64,000 nucleotides of DNA from a bacterium (GTDB taxonomy: Bacteria; Patescibacteriota; Minisyncoccia; Moranbacterales; GWC2-37-73), in the NCBI GenBank assembly GCA_003251635.1, contig QKEW01000012.1, positions 53,333-117,332 on the forward strand, given 5' to 3'. A program made the translations under genes and the position numbers. Below the pieces are notes generated by a model, which was not told the origin of the DNA, did not search any database, and was given only the letters and a program-made list of their open reading frames with translations. This document shows, one piece after another, positions 29,536 through 40,170 of this stretch; the first letter of the stretch is position 1, and each line of letters opens with the position of its first letter.

Positions 29536-30462
29536 TTATTTCTTTCGATTTTGTAAATAGAAAGGCAGCGCTAAGCAACTAATTAGCATTTGTAAAATCC
29601 GACTAACAAAAGCTACCAACACGGCCACGCCCAGTGGTATCCCAAAAAAACCAAAAAAAGTCGCGTAGGCCCATTCTTTTATGCCGATATTATTGATGCT
29701 GATTGGAATGGAAGAAACTATACTACAAAGAAAAATTACCGAGAGGTAATTTAGCACATCAATTTTTATTCCCAAAGCTAAAAACAAAACGTAATTAGCC
29801 AAGGCCAAGCCAACCAAGGAAAATAAAAAAGACATCAAAATTGATTTGGCTAAAATTTTAGTCTCTGAATATCTTCGCAAAATCGAGCTGAAATTTACCA
29901 CTTTTTGAGGTAAAAAATTAAAAAAACGACGCCAAATATCCAAATTAAAACTAAACTGCAAAATTACCAAAAAAACCAAACTAATCCAACCCCCCAGCAG
30001 CAGAAAAAACAAGATAGGACTGTTCTTGATAATGGCCAGATTCCAGGTAGCGAAAACTAAGAATAAAATCAGAGCGCCAATCAAGCCACTTAGCCGATCC
30101 ATCACAACTCCGGCCGCCGCTTCTTTCATTTTCCCGTTCTTCTTTCCCAACTGATAAATTTTAAAACCGTCTCCCCCAATAAATCCAGGCAGAAAATTAT
30201 TAATAAAAGTTCCCGTCCAATATAGCTTCAAAAAGTAAAAAAACTTGCCGCTAACTTCAAGGTAGGAGCTCAAAACTCGCCACTTCCAAGCCGAAATAAA
30301 CACGCCAACAGCAAATAACAATAAATAGAGGAAAATCCAAAAAAGATTGGCTTCGTGCAGATCCAGCCAAGTTTGATGCCAATCAACTCGCCAGATCAGA
30401 TAGCCGATCAAACCCAAACTGACAATTAATTTTAAGAAAAACTTAGTGATTTTTTTGCTCAT
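29536..30462 (-). CDS. lysylphosphatidylglycerol synthase TM-region (flippase-like, UPF0104) protein
   Basis: AWKWR, NNFLPGFIGGD, MDR, PISINNIGIKE. Confidence 0.88.
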   Translation of the reverse strand: MSKKITKFFLKLIVSLGLIGYLIWRVDWHQTWLDLHEANLFWIFLYLLLFAVGVFISAWKWRVLSSYLEVSGKFFYFLKLYWTGTFINNFLPGFIGGDGFKIYQLGKKNGKMKEAAAGVVMDRLSGLIGALILFLVFATWNLAIIKNSPILFFLLLGGWISLVFLVILQFSFNLDIWRRFFNFLPQKVVNFSSILRRYSETKILAKSILMSFLFSLVGLALANYVLFLALGIKIDVLNYLSVIFLCSIVSSIPISINNIGIKEWAYATFFGFFGIPLGVAVLVAFVSRILQMLISCLALPFYLQNRKK

Positions 30463-31612
30463 GAATTTTTTGATAAAGCTGGAAATATTGCTCAGCCACT
30501 TTTTGCCAACTCAATTGTTCAGCCTTGATTCGACTGTTTCTGCCCATCTCTTTTTGCAAATTTGGGTCCAAAATTAATTTCTCTATTTTAATTGCCAAAT
30601 CATCCGGATCATTTTTCTTTACCAAAAAACCATTGCAACCATCTTCAACCAATTCATCCGCCCCGCCGGTTCGAGTGGAAACTATCGGCAAGCCCGAAGC
30701 TAAAGCCTCCAACATGGCGTTGCTCATGCCCTCATTAAGTGAAGGCAAAACAAAAACCTTGGATCGTTGATAGAAAGACAGAATTTTTTCATGCGCCACT
30801 TTTCCAACAAACCTGATTGGTCCTTCCATTTTTTTCTCCCGTACCAATTCTTCAAGTTCAGTCTTTTGATTGCCCTCACCAATAATATCCATCTTGATTT
30901 GAGGATATTTCGGCAATAATTTCTCCAAAGCCAAAATCAAATATTTAATTCCTTTGCGATGAGTGATACGGGTGCCTCCTAGGGTCAGATGAAAATCCAA
31001 ATCTTCCCTATCAGAAACCGGGAAAAATTTTTCCGTATCAATCCCATTATAAATCACTTCGATCTGTTGATTGGAGTCGGTTTTCAATGCCAATTCTTTG
31101 AGTCCCTGACTATTGGAAACGACTGCCTTTGCCTGATTCCAAATCTTTTTTACCAATGATTCGGTTAACTTATAGATAAAACCGAAGCGATCGCTATAAC
31201 CCGGCACATCAGAGCCCCGCAAAGAAATGACGTAAGGTATTTGATATTTTCTAAACAATCTCCAGGAAATCGCCCCACAGGGAATCGTAAAAAAAGAGTG
31301 CGACAAATCATAGTGATTTTTTCGGCAAAGATTTTGAGCAAATTTCCAAGCCTTCCAAGTGTAGAGCAGCAAATCCTTCTGAGATTGATAGTGCAGATTT
31401 TTTGCATTTTTGCCGATTGGCAATTTATGGATTCTGACGTTGGTCGAAATTTCTTCCAAATGATAGTCACCGTCAATTGAAGAGGTTACCAAGTCAACTT
31501 CCAGATTCGGCATTTTGGCGTATTCTTGCAAAATATAGGCGGTTGCATTGGCCGCCCCGCCACCCAAAGGTGGATATTCGTAATTAAAAAATAAGACTCG
31601 AACTTTTTTCAT
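30443..31612 (-). CDS. GT4 glycosyltransferase
   Basis: YEYPPLGGG, RGSDVP, RITHRKG, PSLNEGMSNAMLEALASG. Confidence 0.93.
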   Translation of the reverse strand: MKKVRVLFFNYEYPPLGGGAANATAYILQEYAKMPNLEVDLVTSSIDGDYHLEEISTNVRIHKLPIGKNAKNLHYQSQKDLLLYTWKAWKFAQNLCRKNHYDLSHSFFTIPCGAISWRLFRKYQIPYVISLRGSDVPGYSDRFGFIYKLTESLVKKIWNQAKAVVSNSQGLKELALKTDSNQQIEVIYNGIDTEKFFPVSDREDLDFHLTLGGTRITHRKGIKYLILALEKLLPKYPQIKMDIIGEGNQKTELEELVREKKMEGPIRFVGKVAHEKILSFYQRSKVFVLPSLNEGMSNAMLEALASGLPIVSTRTGGADELVEDGCNGFLVKKNDPDDLAIKIEKLILDPNLQKEMGRNSRIKAEQLSWQKVAEQYFQLYQKIHEQKNH

Positions 31613-31621
31613 AAAGTTTTT

Positions 31622-32230
31622 TTATTTTCCACAATTCTTTTTTTGTGCGATTTTTTTGCCGATCGCTTTGTCAAAAATTCTTTCCACCACCAAAAATGCC
31701 AAGAAGATTACCAATAAAGACAAGGTGAACTTATTGAATTTGTGAGCAATTGATAAGGCCGCCTGACCGAAAAAGTAGCCCAGCGTCAAAAAAATTATCA
31801 CCCACAAAAAAGAAGCTCGCAATTGCACTCGAAGAAAATCCCAAAAATTAATTTTCAAAAATCCCAAAACTAAAATAGTCGAGTGGTTGAAACCATACAA
31901 AAATTTGGAAATAAAAATCAAACGGAACGGATTGCACTCAATTGAAGGAAACATTCGCTTAACTCTTCTTTCGGCAAACTTGATTAATCTTTGACGCGGA
32001 TATTTTTCTTTCAAAAAACGACCGGTCCAGTACCATAAAACATCCCCCGCTAAAACCCCCAGCATAGATACCCAAAAAACATCCACGAAATCAAAAGCTC
32101 TGAGTCGGGAAAGCACACCGGCTGCCAGCATGAAAAGTTCTCCTTCAAAAATCAAGGCCACAAACAAAACCAGATATCCAATATACCGATGATTCTCTAC
32201 CAAAAAAATAAAACTTGTGACATTATCCAT
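31622..32230 (-). CDS. DedA family membrane protein
   Basis: FEGE, GDVLWYWTGR, ISKFLYG, LGYFFG. Confidence 0.85.
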   Translation of the reverse strand: MDNVTSFIFLVENHRYIGYLVLFVALIFEGELFMLAAGVLSRLRAFDFVDVFWVSMLGVLAGDVLWYWTGRFLKEKYPRQRLIKFAERRVKRMFPSIECNPFRLIFISKFLYGFNHSTILVLGFLKINFWDFLRVQLRASFLWVIIFLTLGYFFGQAALSIAHKFNKFTLSLLVIFLAFLVVERIFDKAIGKKIAQKKNCGK

Positions 32231-32238
32231 AAAACACG

Positions 32239-33951
32239 TTATTCCTTTCTTAGATCCACTAGGACTAGCTGGATTTTTTGATTACCGTTCCAATTATCTT
32301 TTTGCAAATTAAAGGCCGCATCTATTATATCGCCTTTTTGCAAATGTGAAAATTCCCCCGCCTTATAGAAAAAGATGGCCTCCAAAATCTTTGGGTCATC
32401 GGAATTTCCACTCAAAAAAAGTTTGAGGTGGTTTTCCTTACTACCCATTTTTCGAACTTCCATTATTTCCATTTGGCGACTTGCCAAAATTGGCTCAGGA
32501 TTTCCTTCCCCAAATGGACGAAGCTGTTCAATTTCAGCCGCCAATTCAAAATTTAGATCACCCGAGCTAACCTCAACATCGATTCCTAACTCCGGATCAG
32601 TTTCCTGGCCATCTAAAATCTTTTCGATTTCCGAATCCATTTTTTGATAAAACTTTTCCAAATTTTCATTTTTTATTGAAATTCCAGCTGCCTGAGCGTG
32701 ACCGCCAAATTTCAAAAGCAATTCGCTGCATTTTTCAATAACTTCAATGATATTGACTGCTGGGATCGAACGAAAGGACCCAACACTTTCAGTTTCTCCT
32801 TTTTGCAAAACAGCTGCCGGCTTATTGAATTTATCGCTAATTTTGCCAGCCACCAGACCAACGATTCCAATGGGAAAATCTTCTTGGCAGGCAAAAATAA
32901 ATTTCTTGGAAGCAAATTTATCCGCTGCCATAGCTTTAACTTTCTCCGTCACTGCTTCTGTCATTTTCTGGCGATTAGCATTATTCTCCTCTAGCTCCAA
33001 AGCCAGTACTCGCGCCGCTGCAATATCCTTTTCAACCAACAAATTATAGGCTAGATTGGCGTGATTGATCCGACCAGCCGCATTGATACGCGGAGCAATT
33101 TTGAATCCCACATCGCGACTTGTTGGCAGATTGTTTTCATCAATATTAAGCCGAGCCACCGCAAAAATCTGTTGCAAGCCAATCCGCTTGGTCTTAGATA
33201 AAACCAAAAGGCCAAACTTGGCAAAAAGACGGTTTTCATCCAACAAAGGAACGCAATCTGCAATAGTTCCGATCGCCACCAAATCTAAAAACCACTTAGT
33301 CTGATCCAACTCCTCTGGCAACAACTTTTCAAACAAAGCTTGCGCCAACTTGAAAGCCACTCCAACCCCAGCCAAATCGCTAAAAGGATAACCACAGTCC
33401 TTTACCTTTGGATTGATAATCGCCAAAGCCGTTGGCAGTTTTTCCGGTACATGATGATGATCAGTTATGATCACATCCAAACCTAGTTGCCGTGCCAACT
33501 CAACTTCCTTTACTCCTGTAATTCCACAATCAACCGTGATGATCAATTTTATTTCCTTTTGAGCTAATTCTTGAATAGCTTTTGAGTTCATTCCATAGCC
33601 TTCACTTTTTTTATCCGGAATATACACCAAAACCTCCAGGCCGACTTTTTCCAGGGTTTCTTTCAAAATAACTGAAGCCGTGATTCCATCGGCGTCATAG
33701 TCTCCAAAAACCGCCACCTTTTCGTGCTTCTCTAGAGCTTGGGTAATTCGTCCCACCGCTTTTTGCATGTCCTGAAAAAGCCAAGGACTGTGAGAGTTTT
33801 TTTGATAATCCAATTTGAGAAAATTTTCAATTTCTCCCAAATTTTTCAAACCACGCTTACTCAAAATTTTCAACAAGACCTCAGACCATTTTTTTTGGCT
33901 GATTCCAATATTATCAAAAGAAATTTTATCTGAATTAATTTTCCACTTCAT
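32239..33951 (-). CDS. recJ: single-stranded-DNA-specific exonuclease RecJ
   Basis: GDYDADG, TVDCG, TDHH, GTIADCVPL, PRINAAGR, FGGHAQAAG, PFGEGNPEP. Confidence 0.96.
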   Translation of the reverse strand: MKWKINSDKISFDNIGISQKKWSEVLLKILSKRGLKNLGEIENFLKLDYQKNSHSPWLFQDMQKAVGRITQALEKHEKVAVFGDYDADGITASVILKETLEKVGLEVLVYIPDKKSEGYGMNSKAIQELAQKEIKLIITVDCGITGVKEVELARQLGLDVIITDHHHVPEKLPTALAIINPKVKDCGYPFSDLAGVGVAFKLAQALFEKLLPEELDQTKWFLDLVAIGTIADCVPLLDENRLFAKFGLLVLSKTKRIGLQQIFAVARLNIDENNLPTSRDVGFKIAPRINAAGRINHANLAYNLLVEKDIAAARVLALELEENNANRQKMTEAVTEKVKAMAADKFASKKFIFACQEDFPIGIVGLVAGKISDKFNKPAAVLQKGETESVGSFRSIPAVNIIEVIEKCSELLLKFGGHAQAAGISIKNENLEKFYQKMDSEIEKILDGQETDPELGIDVEVSSGDLNFELAAEIEQLRPFGEGNPEPILASRQMEIMEVRKMGSKENHLKLFLSGNSDDPKILEAIFFYKAGEFSHLQKGDIIDAAFNLQKDNWNGNQKIQLVLVDLRKE

Positions 33952-33991
33952 TTAGCCATCATTTTCAACAATTATCGCCCAAAGCCCGACA

Positions 33992-36064
33992 CTAAAAAAT
34001 AATTTTCACATCAACTGCCACCGCGGCTTGTCCATCATTATAGACAAATAAGGGATTAATATCCAGCTCTGCAATTTGCGGCAAATCCTGGGCCATATTC
34101 ATCAAGCCTTGAATTATCAGAGCAAGCTCTTTGACATCAAACTCTTTTTGCCCACGAGTTTGCCGGAATAAGAAACTGGTTTTTCCTTTTTTGAGTTTTT
34201 CTTCAATTTCAACCAAATTCAGCGGGGCTACAAAAAAATCTACCATCTTGAAAACTTCCGTATAAATCCCACCCAAACCAGCCACCACTATCGGACCAAA
34301 AATTGGATCACGGTTAATTCCCAAAATCAATTCCATACCCCTTGAAAGCATTGACTGGACCAATACTTTCTCGCCATTAAATCTGGTTTGAAAATCAGCC
34401 AGGGCCGCTTTCAATTCATCTGCATTTTTTATATTTAAAACCAAAGCTTTCTGATCGGTTTTGTGCAAGACTTGGTCGCTGTCAATCTTAGCCACCACCG
34501 GATATTCAATCTCTTGGGGAATTTGATCTGTTCCACTCAAATGAAAAGACTGGACCGTCTTAATCCCATAAAGCTCCATGACCTTAGCGGCTTCCAAAAA
34601 ATCCAAAGCTTTGCGTCCGCTTTTTTGAGCTTTTTCCAAAATTTCCCCAGCCATTTTCTGGTTTTCAGTTTGACTTTCCGCTAGCGACTCTCCATTTTCA
34701 ATTGTCAGATTTTTTCGTTGCTGCCAAACATAGAATCTGTTTAAAATTTCCACAGCTTTTTCCGGAAAATCAAAAACTAAAATTCCATTTTTTTGCATTT
34801 TAGCTCGAGCCTCTTCAACCAACTGGCCACCGACAAAAGCCGCTGCCACGTTTTTGCTTGACCGTTTTTTAAAATCAATCAACAAATCCGCAACGGCCCC
34901 TACCGGGGTTTTTTCTTGTGGAGTCAAAATCGCGATGATAGCTCCCAGCTCCTCTTTTTCCAAATTCTCCAAAGCCCAAGCGTAACGCTTCTCATCAGCA
35001 TCCCCCAAGATATCAATCGGGTTATTGACCGAGCCTTCGGCTGGCAATTCTTTTTGAAGTTGAAACTTGAACTCATCAGAAAAATCTGCCAACTGAATCG
35101 TTTTACCCTTGAAAGCATCGGTAGCCAAAACTCCACCTCCACCAGCATTGGTAATTACCGCTACTTTCTCATTAGAAAACTCCCTGGCCGCTGAAAATAT
35201 CTTCAACGTTTGCAAGAAATCTTCCAAAGTCTCGGTTCGCACCACTCCGACTTTTTCAAAAACTGCCTCTACAATCTCATCACTGCCAGCCAACGCACCA
35301 GTATGTGAAGAAATGGCCTGTTGAGCCTTGGCAGTTTTGCCAGCTTTCAAAATCACAATCGGTTTTTGACGCGCCACTCTTTCAGCCGTTTCAATAAATT
35401 GCGCTCCATTTTTTATTCCCTCCAAATACATGCCGATAACTTTGGTTTTTTGGTCTTTTTCCAGTTGCTCCAAGATTTCAGTTTCACTTAGCTGCATTTT
35501 ATTGCCCAAAGAAACCAACAAGGAAAAACTTAAATTTTCTTTTTTGGCCACATCCAAGATAGCCACCAGCAAAGCTCCGGATTGCGAACCAAGAGCAATC
35601 GAACCATCTTCCGGCATCCCAACCGCGAAAGAAGCGTTCAATTTCAAACTGGGATTGAGAAATCCCAAACAGTTTGGCCCCAAAATGTTCAAACCTTTCT
35701 CGCGAGCCAAATCAGCCAATTCTTTTTCCAATTGAGCCCCCTCTTTGCCAGTTTCAGCAAAACCGGCTGAGATTATCACAAAATTCTTGACTTTGGCGGA
35801 ATTTTTAACCACATCCAAGACAAATTTGGCCGGCACTACCACCACAGCCAAATCAACCTGACTTTCGATTTCATCCAGATTCTGATAACATTTTTGCTTA
35901 AAAAGCTCAGTATAGGAAGGATTAACTAAAAAAATCTCTCCGGCAAAGCCAAGTTTCAAAACATTTTCTGCAATGGCTGTGCCAATTTTGCCTGGCTTTT
36001 CACTGGCTCCTACCACTGCTACCGACTTGGGCTCAAAAAAAGAAGAAAAGTTTGCTTTTTCCAT
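33992..36064 (-). CDS. acetate--CoA ligase (ADP-forming), fused alpha/beta type
   Basis: VAVVGAS, GPNCLG, SQSGA, SHTGALAG phospho-His, ATP-grasp HKTD and ELDINP; no GNAT domain. Confidence 0.9.
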   Translation of the reverse strand: MEKANFSSFFEPKSVAVVGASEKPGKIGTAIAENVLKLGFAGEIFLVNPSYTELFKQKCYQNLDEIESQVDLAVVVVPAKFVLDVVKNSAKVKNFVIISAGFAETGKEGAQLEKELADLAREKGLNILGPNCLGFLNPSLKLNASFAVGMPEDGSIALGSQSGALLVAILDVAKKENLSFSLLVSLGNKMQLSETEILEQLEKDQKTKVIGMYLEGIKNGAQFIETAERVARQKPIVILKAGKTAKAQQAISSHTGALAGSDEIVEAVFEKVGVVRTETLEDFLQTLKIFSAAREFSNEKVAVITNAGGGGVLATDAFKGKTIQLADFSDEFKFQLQKELPAEGSVNNPIDILGDADEKRYAWALENLEKEELGAIIAILTPQEKTPVGAVADLLIDFKKRSSKNVAAAFVGGQLVEEARAKMQKNGILVFDFPEKAVEILNRFYVWQQRKNLTIENGESLAESQTENQKMAGEILEKAQKSGRKALDFLEAAKVMELYGIKTVQSFHLSGTDQIPQEIEYPVVAKIDSDQVLHKTDQKALVLNIKNADELKAALADFQTRFNGEKVLVQSMLSRGMELILGINRDPIFGPIVVAGLGGIYTEVFKMVDFFVAPLNLVEIEEKLKKGKTSFLFRQTRGQKEFDVKELALIIQGLMNMAQDLPQIAELDINPLFVYNDGQAAVAVDVKIIF

Positions 36065-36173
36065 AGATTCTTAGTGTAATTTATCCATTTATCTTTCAAT
36101 TATACACCAATTCCCAAGCGACCGAAACACCCATGACAAAATTTAATACGTATTATAATCCTTACCAAATTTT

Positions 36174-36884
36174 TTATTTCAGATCCAAATAATGTTTTCT
36201 CTTTTTCTCCTCAAATTTTTCAATAGCATAGCGCAGCATTGTACGGGACATTTTCAGGGCATGCTGATCCAAAAAATCACATTCAACTTTTTCGCTGCAG
36301 CGCTTGCCAACTTCGCGCAGCATCCAACCAACCGCCTTGTGAATCAAATCCTGCTCATCGCCCAAAAGCTTTTTGGCAATCTTCAAGGTCCATTCGCATT
36401 CACCGTTTTTAGTGAAATGAAAGGTGGCCAAAATGGCAATTCGTCTTTCCCATAAAATTTTCGACTCGGCCAGTTCCAGCAAAATTTTTCGATCTCGATT
36501 TTTCAAATAGGCTCCCGCAATTTTGTCAGCCGTCAAATCAACCAAATCCCAATTGTTGATAAATTTGGTATTTTGCCAATAAATTTCAAAAATATCTTTT
36601 TGGGTTTTCTCGTCACCTCTTTCAAATTGATCCACCAAAACCAGCAAGGCCCAGAGACGCTCTTCGTGAAAAGCGGAGTGCAGCAAAGTCAAAATATCTT
36701 CGCGAGAAGCCTCTCGATATTTTTTGACCAAACGACGAATTTCCGGCACCACGATTCCCAAAAACTGATCGCCTTCACCATACTGCCCCTGACCAGTCTT
36801 GAAAAACCGCCGCAAAATTTGGGCTTTTTCAATACTAGCCACTTGTCTCAAATCTTTTTTAATTTTGGAAATTTCACTTTTCAT
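36174..36884 (-). CDS. DNA alkylation repair protein (AlkD-like HEAT-repeat family)
   Basis: FFKTG.GQYGEGD.FLG, NNWDLVD, LWERR, DLIHKAVGWMLRE. Confidence 0.9.
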   Translation of the reverse strand: MKSEISKIKKDLRQVASIEKAQILRRFFKTGQGQYGEGDQFLGIVVPEIRRLVKKYREASREDILTLLHSAFHEERLWALLVLVDQFERGDEKTQKDIFEIYWQNTKFINNWDLVDLTADKIAGAYLKNRDRKILLELAESKILWERRIAILATFHFTKNGECEWTLKIAKKLLGDEQDLIHKAVGWMLREVGKRCSEKVECDFLDQHALKMSRTMLRYAIEKFEEKKRKHYLDLK

Positions 36885-36929
36885 TTATTTTTCCGCTTAA
36901 CATCAAACAATTTTTCATTTACGTAAACA

Positions 36930-36949
36930 TTACTTACATATGTAAGTAA
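36930..36949. promoter_or_regulatory. perfect 20-bp palindrome, candidate operator upstream of the AlkD-like gene
   Basis: TTACTTACAT|ATGTAAGTAA, 45 bp upstream of the start codon. Confidence 0.45.
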
Positions 36950-36980
36950 ATCTATCACACTTTAGTGTTACTAAAAAATA

Positions 36981-37003
36981 AAAAACGGCCGACAATCGAC
37001 CGC
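36981..37003 (-). terminator. intrinsic terminator after dnaJ
   Basis: Minus strand GCGGTCGA-TTG-TCGGCCGT then T-run. Confidence 0.7.
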
Positions 37004-37013
37004 TTTTAGTCTT

Positions 37014-38099
37014 TTAATCTAACTCTCGAAGTTGCTCGACCAGTTTTTTCTGCTGGCGAGAAAGTTTTCTGGGAACGTCCACCACGATTTTAACCAGATG
37101 GTCACCTCGCGAAGATCCCTGCAAAACTGGCACGCCTTTGCCTTTGATTCGGAAAGTTTCACCTGACTGAGTTCCCGACGGCACTTTCATGGTAACTTGA
37201 CCTTCGATTGTTTTGATTGGAATTTTGTCACCCAAAACTGCTTGAGCAAAAGAAACGTGTTGGGAAGAAAGGATATCATTGTTTTTTCGCTGAAATTCCC
37301 GATGCGGTCGCACATGCACATTCACATAGAGATTGCCATTGGGAGCACCTTTCTCTCCGGCCTCTCCGGCACCGCGAATTGAAATTGTTTGACCCGAATC
37401 GATTCCGGCTGGAATTTTGATATTTATTTTTTTCTCCTGTTTAATGCGACCGTCTCCTCCGCACTTGTGACATTTTTTGGAATAGGTCTTGCCTGATCCC
37501 TGACAGGTTGGACAAGTTGAAACCTGCGCAAATGATCCAAACATACTGCGCACCGTTTGTTGAACTTTGCCAGACCCCTTGCAGGTCAAACAGGTTTCTT
37601 CTTTGGCACCCGGTTCTCCTCCTGTTCCATGACAAACATCACATTCGGTTTTCAAATACAAATTTATATCCCGATCTGCACCATTGACCATTTCTTCAAA
37701 AGAAATCTCCACATCCACCTGCACATCGTTGCCTGGTTGTTTTTGACTGCGCGAGCGACCACCCCCAAAAATATCAGAGAAAATATCTCCAAAACCTTCG
37801 CCGAAATCTCCGGAAAAACCACCTTGAAAACCGGAAAAATCAAATCCGCCTTGAGAAGAAAAACCGCCAAAGCCACCCTGTCCGCCACTGCCAAAAGTTT
37901 GACCAAACTGATCATATTGAGCTCGTTTGGTTTTGTCAGAAAGAGTCTGATAGGCTTCGTTAATTTCTTTGAATTTTTTTTCATCCCCGCCAGCTTTGTC
38001 GGGATGATATTTGTGGGCCAGTTTTCGATAAGCTTTTTTGATCTCATCATCTGAAGCTCCCTTGGAAATGCCTAAAGTATCGTAAAAATCTTTTGCCAT
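37014..38099 (-). CDS. dnaJ: molecular chaperone DnaJ
   Basis: J domain with HPD, G/F-rich region, four CxxCxGxG repeats. Confidence 0.97.
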   Translation of the reverse strand: MAKDFYDTLGISKGASDDEIKKAYRKLAHKYHPDKAGGDEKKFKEINEAYQTLSDKTKRAQYDQFGQTFGSGGQGGFGGFSSQGGFDFSGFQGGFSGDFGEGFGDIFSDIFGGGRSRSQKQPGNDVQVDVEISFEEMVNGADRDINLYLKTECDVCHGTGGEPGAKEETCLTCKGSGKVQQTVRSMFGSFAQVSTCPTCQGSGKTYSKKCHKCGGDGRIKQEKKINIKIPAGIDSGQTISIRGAGEAGEKGAPNGNLYVNVHVRPHREFQRKNNDILSSQHVSFAQAVLGDKIPIKTIEGQVTMKVPSGTQSGETFRIKGKGVPVLQGSSRGDHLVKIVVDVPRKLSRQQKKLVEQLRELD

Positions 38100-38164
38100 A
38101 ATCTTTCAGAAAAATTAATTGCTATTTTTTCCTTGCCCAACCATTCTACAACCAAAATCAAAAC

Positions 38165-38191
38165 TTAGCAATCCCCTCGGACGAGTGCTAA
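38165..38191. promoter_or_regulatory. CIRCE element (HrcA operator), one mismatch
   Basis: TTAGCAaTC-N9-GAGTGCTAA, 65 bp upstream of dnaJ. Confidence 0.9.
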
Positions 38192-38206
38192 TTAATAACT
38201 TTTTAT

Positions 38207-39181
38207 TTAAACGATTATTTCCGCCAAACGATCTTCCAATTTTACCCGCACAATGGCTGTTTTTTTCAAAATCCAAAAAACCATTGAAGCCAGATATAGC
38301 CAAAAAAAACGCAAAAATGGACCGAGCGAAAGCAGAGTCAAAAGCAAAATTAAGGCCAAGACAAATGAAAGCAGCTGGGGAGAATTTTCTTGTCCCCTCA
38401 CAACCGAAAATTTGCTCATCCTGGAATTTATTAAGGCCACAAAAACATCGTTTACCTTCTCGTCTCCCGCAATTTTGAAACCAGCCGTCTGAGAAAGTTG
38501 TTTCTTCCAATCATCAACAACGATCTGTCGCAATTCGCTCTCACTGACCGAAGCGCTGCTTGAAAGAATATCATTCATCTTATTGTCAGATTGCTTGGCG
38601 GAAATGACCTCATAGAGTTCGGCCAAAAAATCGTCCATGGAAATCTGATCACTCTTCATTTTGGAAAAATCGGGAGAGACCTTGGATAAACTCCAATCAA
38701 TAATTCCATTTGTAAGTTTATTAGAATCAAGTGACAAGTTTATTTCAGGTAAATTTCTGACCGTAAAATAATATTGACTGGTTACAATCAAAGAAAGAGC
38801 GACAATTATGTAAAAAATGCTTCGCTGAGAATTGCGGCGAAAACTTATTTTCAAACTGGAATCAAAATCTCCACAAGCAATTACCCAGCCCTTGAAAAGA
38901 AGCAGGACTCCAACCAAAACAAACAACAAATGGCCGGCCTTAAAAACAAAAATTAGACTCAAGGCCGTCACTCCAAAACAAACGGCCAGAATCATCAATC
39001 TTTGGCGCTCCAGAGCAAAAAACAAAACCAGACAAACAGCCAAAATGGAAAATATCAAAAAGGGCCACCAAAAATTACTAGCCGATTCTACCATTATTGC
39101 CCGATCGATTGACCACCAAGACAATAAAGCGCTTACCAAAATCACAACCATCAGGATTTTATTCAAATTCTTTTTTAACAT
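38207..39181 (-). CDS. hypothetical membrane protein
   Basis: 324-aa ORF with about five N-terminal TMs, a soluble domain and a C-terminal TM. Confidence 0.75.
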   Translation of the reverse strand: MLKKNLNKILMVVILVSALLSWWSIDRAIMVESASNFWWPFLIFSILAVCLVLFFALERQRLMILAVCFGVTALSLIFVFKAGHLLFVLVGVLLLFKGWVIACGDFDSSLKISFRRNSQRSIFYIIVALSLIVTSQYYFTVRNLPEINLSLDSNKLTNGIIDWSLSKVSPDFSKMKSDQISMDDFLAELYEVISAKQSDNKMNDILSSSASVSESELRQIVVDDWKKQLSQTAGFKIAGDEKVNDVFVALINSRMSKFSVVRGQENSPQLLSFVLALILLLTLLSLGPFLRFFWLYLASMVFWILKKTAIVRVKLEDRLAEIIV

Positions 39182-39257
39182 TATTTTTGTTTTAGTTTTT
39201 TGTTATTCATATGTTTTCATTTTAACATAAAACCTGAAAAATTTCCTTGGAAATTGA

Positions 39258-39289
39258 AAAAGGCGAAGTCCGTTTGGACTTCGCCTTTT
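39258..39289. terminator. intrinsic terminator
   Basis: Perfect AAAAGGCGAAGTCC-GTTT-GGACTTCGCCTTTT. Confidence 0.85.
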
Positions 39290-39300
39290 CGCGAAACAAT

Positions 39301-40170
39301 TCAATCGCCCGAGTCTTCACCACCCAAAACCAGTGGCTCAGACTCATCTTCATCAAAATCATATTCTTCCAAATCTTCTTCCTCGGGAAATAAAGCGAGA
39401 AACTGCTGAATTTCCACAGGGATTTCCGGGATGATAAACATCGGGAGGTAAGAGCAATAAGCCAACATTCCATCTATTGATTTTTTCACGGCCAAGGCTT
39501 GGTGATGAGTTCTGTTCGGATTATATATCTTATAAAGCTCAAAAACTTTTTCACATCCCAAGAAAAAAGCCAATAAACTTAATGTCTCATCATTAATGCT
39601 GAGTTTTTTAACCGGGTCAACACTTTCCGCACCATAAGGATCCTCGTCCAGAGGCACAACCCAGAGATAGCCGTTAGTGATTTTTTTATTCTTACAAGCT
39701 CGATAAATATCGCGCTTGTATTCGCTAACTGCATTGAATAATAAAGTTTGATATCCGGCCAAAATGTCCATATTGGCCGGATTAAAAACCCAAATATTTT
39801 CCAAATGGGTTCGCAAACCATTTTTGAGAAAATCCAAAAAGTCAGCTAGATAAAACTCCACTCTTCCGACATTTTCAGCGTTAACATCATCGCCGAAGTA
39901 AAAAGTTATATCGTTATAATCAGTATCAACAATCATCAGCTGCGCTAAATCGTCATCTAATGAAAAATTAAAATTAAGCTTGGAATTCCATTTATTACTA
40001 TTGCAAATTGCCACGCTCATGCCCGTCAATAGCCAACCCGGGATTTTTAAGTGTTTAATAACAACCAATGCTCTGTTACTTTCCCTGGCGTTAAAAATTT
40101 TTTTCAAGCCTTGATATCCAAGACACCACTTACCACCACCTGTTACCAAAGTCAAAAATAAGTTTTTCAT
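39301..40170 (-). CDS. hypothetical protein with acidic C-terminal tail
   Basis: Long ORF with purine-rich leader, own promoter-like sequence and terminator; no family recognised. Confidence 0.7.
   Translation of the reverse strand: MKNLFLTLVTGGGKWCLGYQGLKKIFNARESNRALVVIKHLKIPGWLLTGMSVAICNSNKWNSKLNFNFSLDDDLAQLMIVDTDYNDITFYFGDDVNAENVGRVEFYLADFLDFLKNGLRTHLENIWVFNPANMDILAGYQTLLFNAVSEYKRDIYRACKNKKITNGYLWVVPLDEDPYGAESVDPVKKLSINDETLSLLAFFLGCEKVFELYKIYNPNRTHHQALAVKKSIDGMLAYCSYLPMFIIPEIPVEIQQFLALFPEEEDLEEYDFDEDESEPLVLGGEDSGD

Noticed and set aside
33992-36064. Protein lysine acetyltransferase (Pat/YfiQ)
   Set aside because: No GNAT domain, and the phospho-accepting His (SHTG) is intact; fits an ADP-forming acetate-CoA ligase, already known in fermentative CPR.
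36141-36168. Possible dif site (ATTTAATACG...CCTTACC)
   Set aside because: Poor match to the XerD arm and wrong spacing; better explained by a TATAAT -10 for the acetate-CoA ligase gene.
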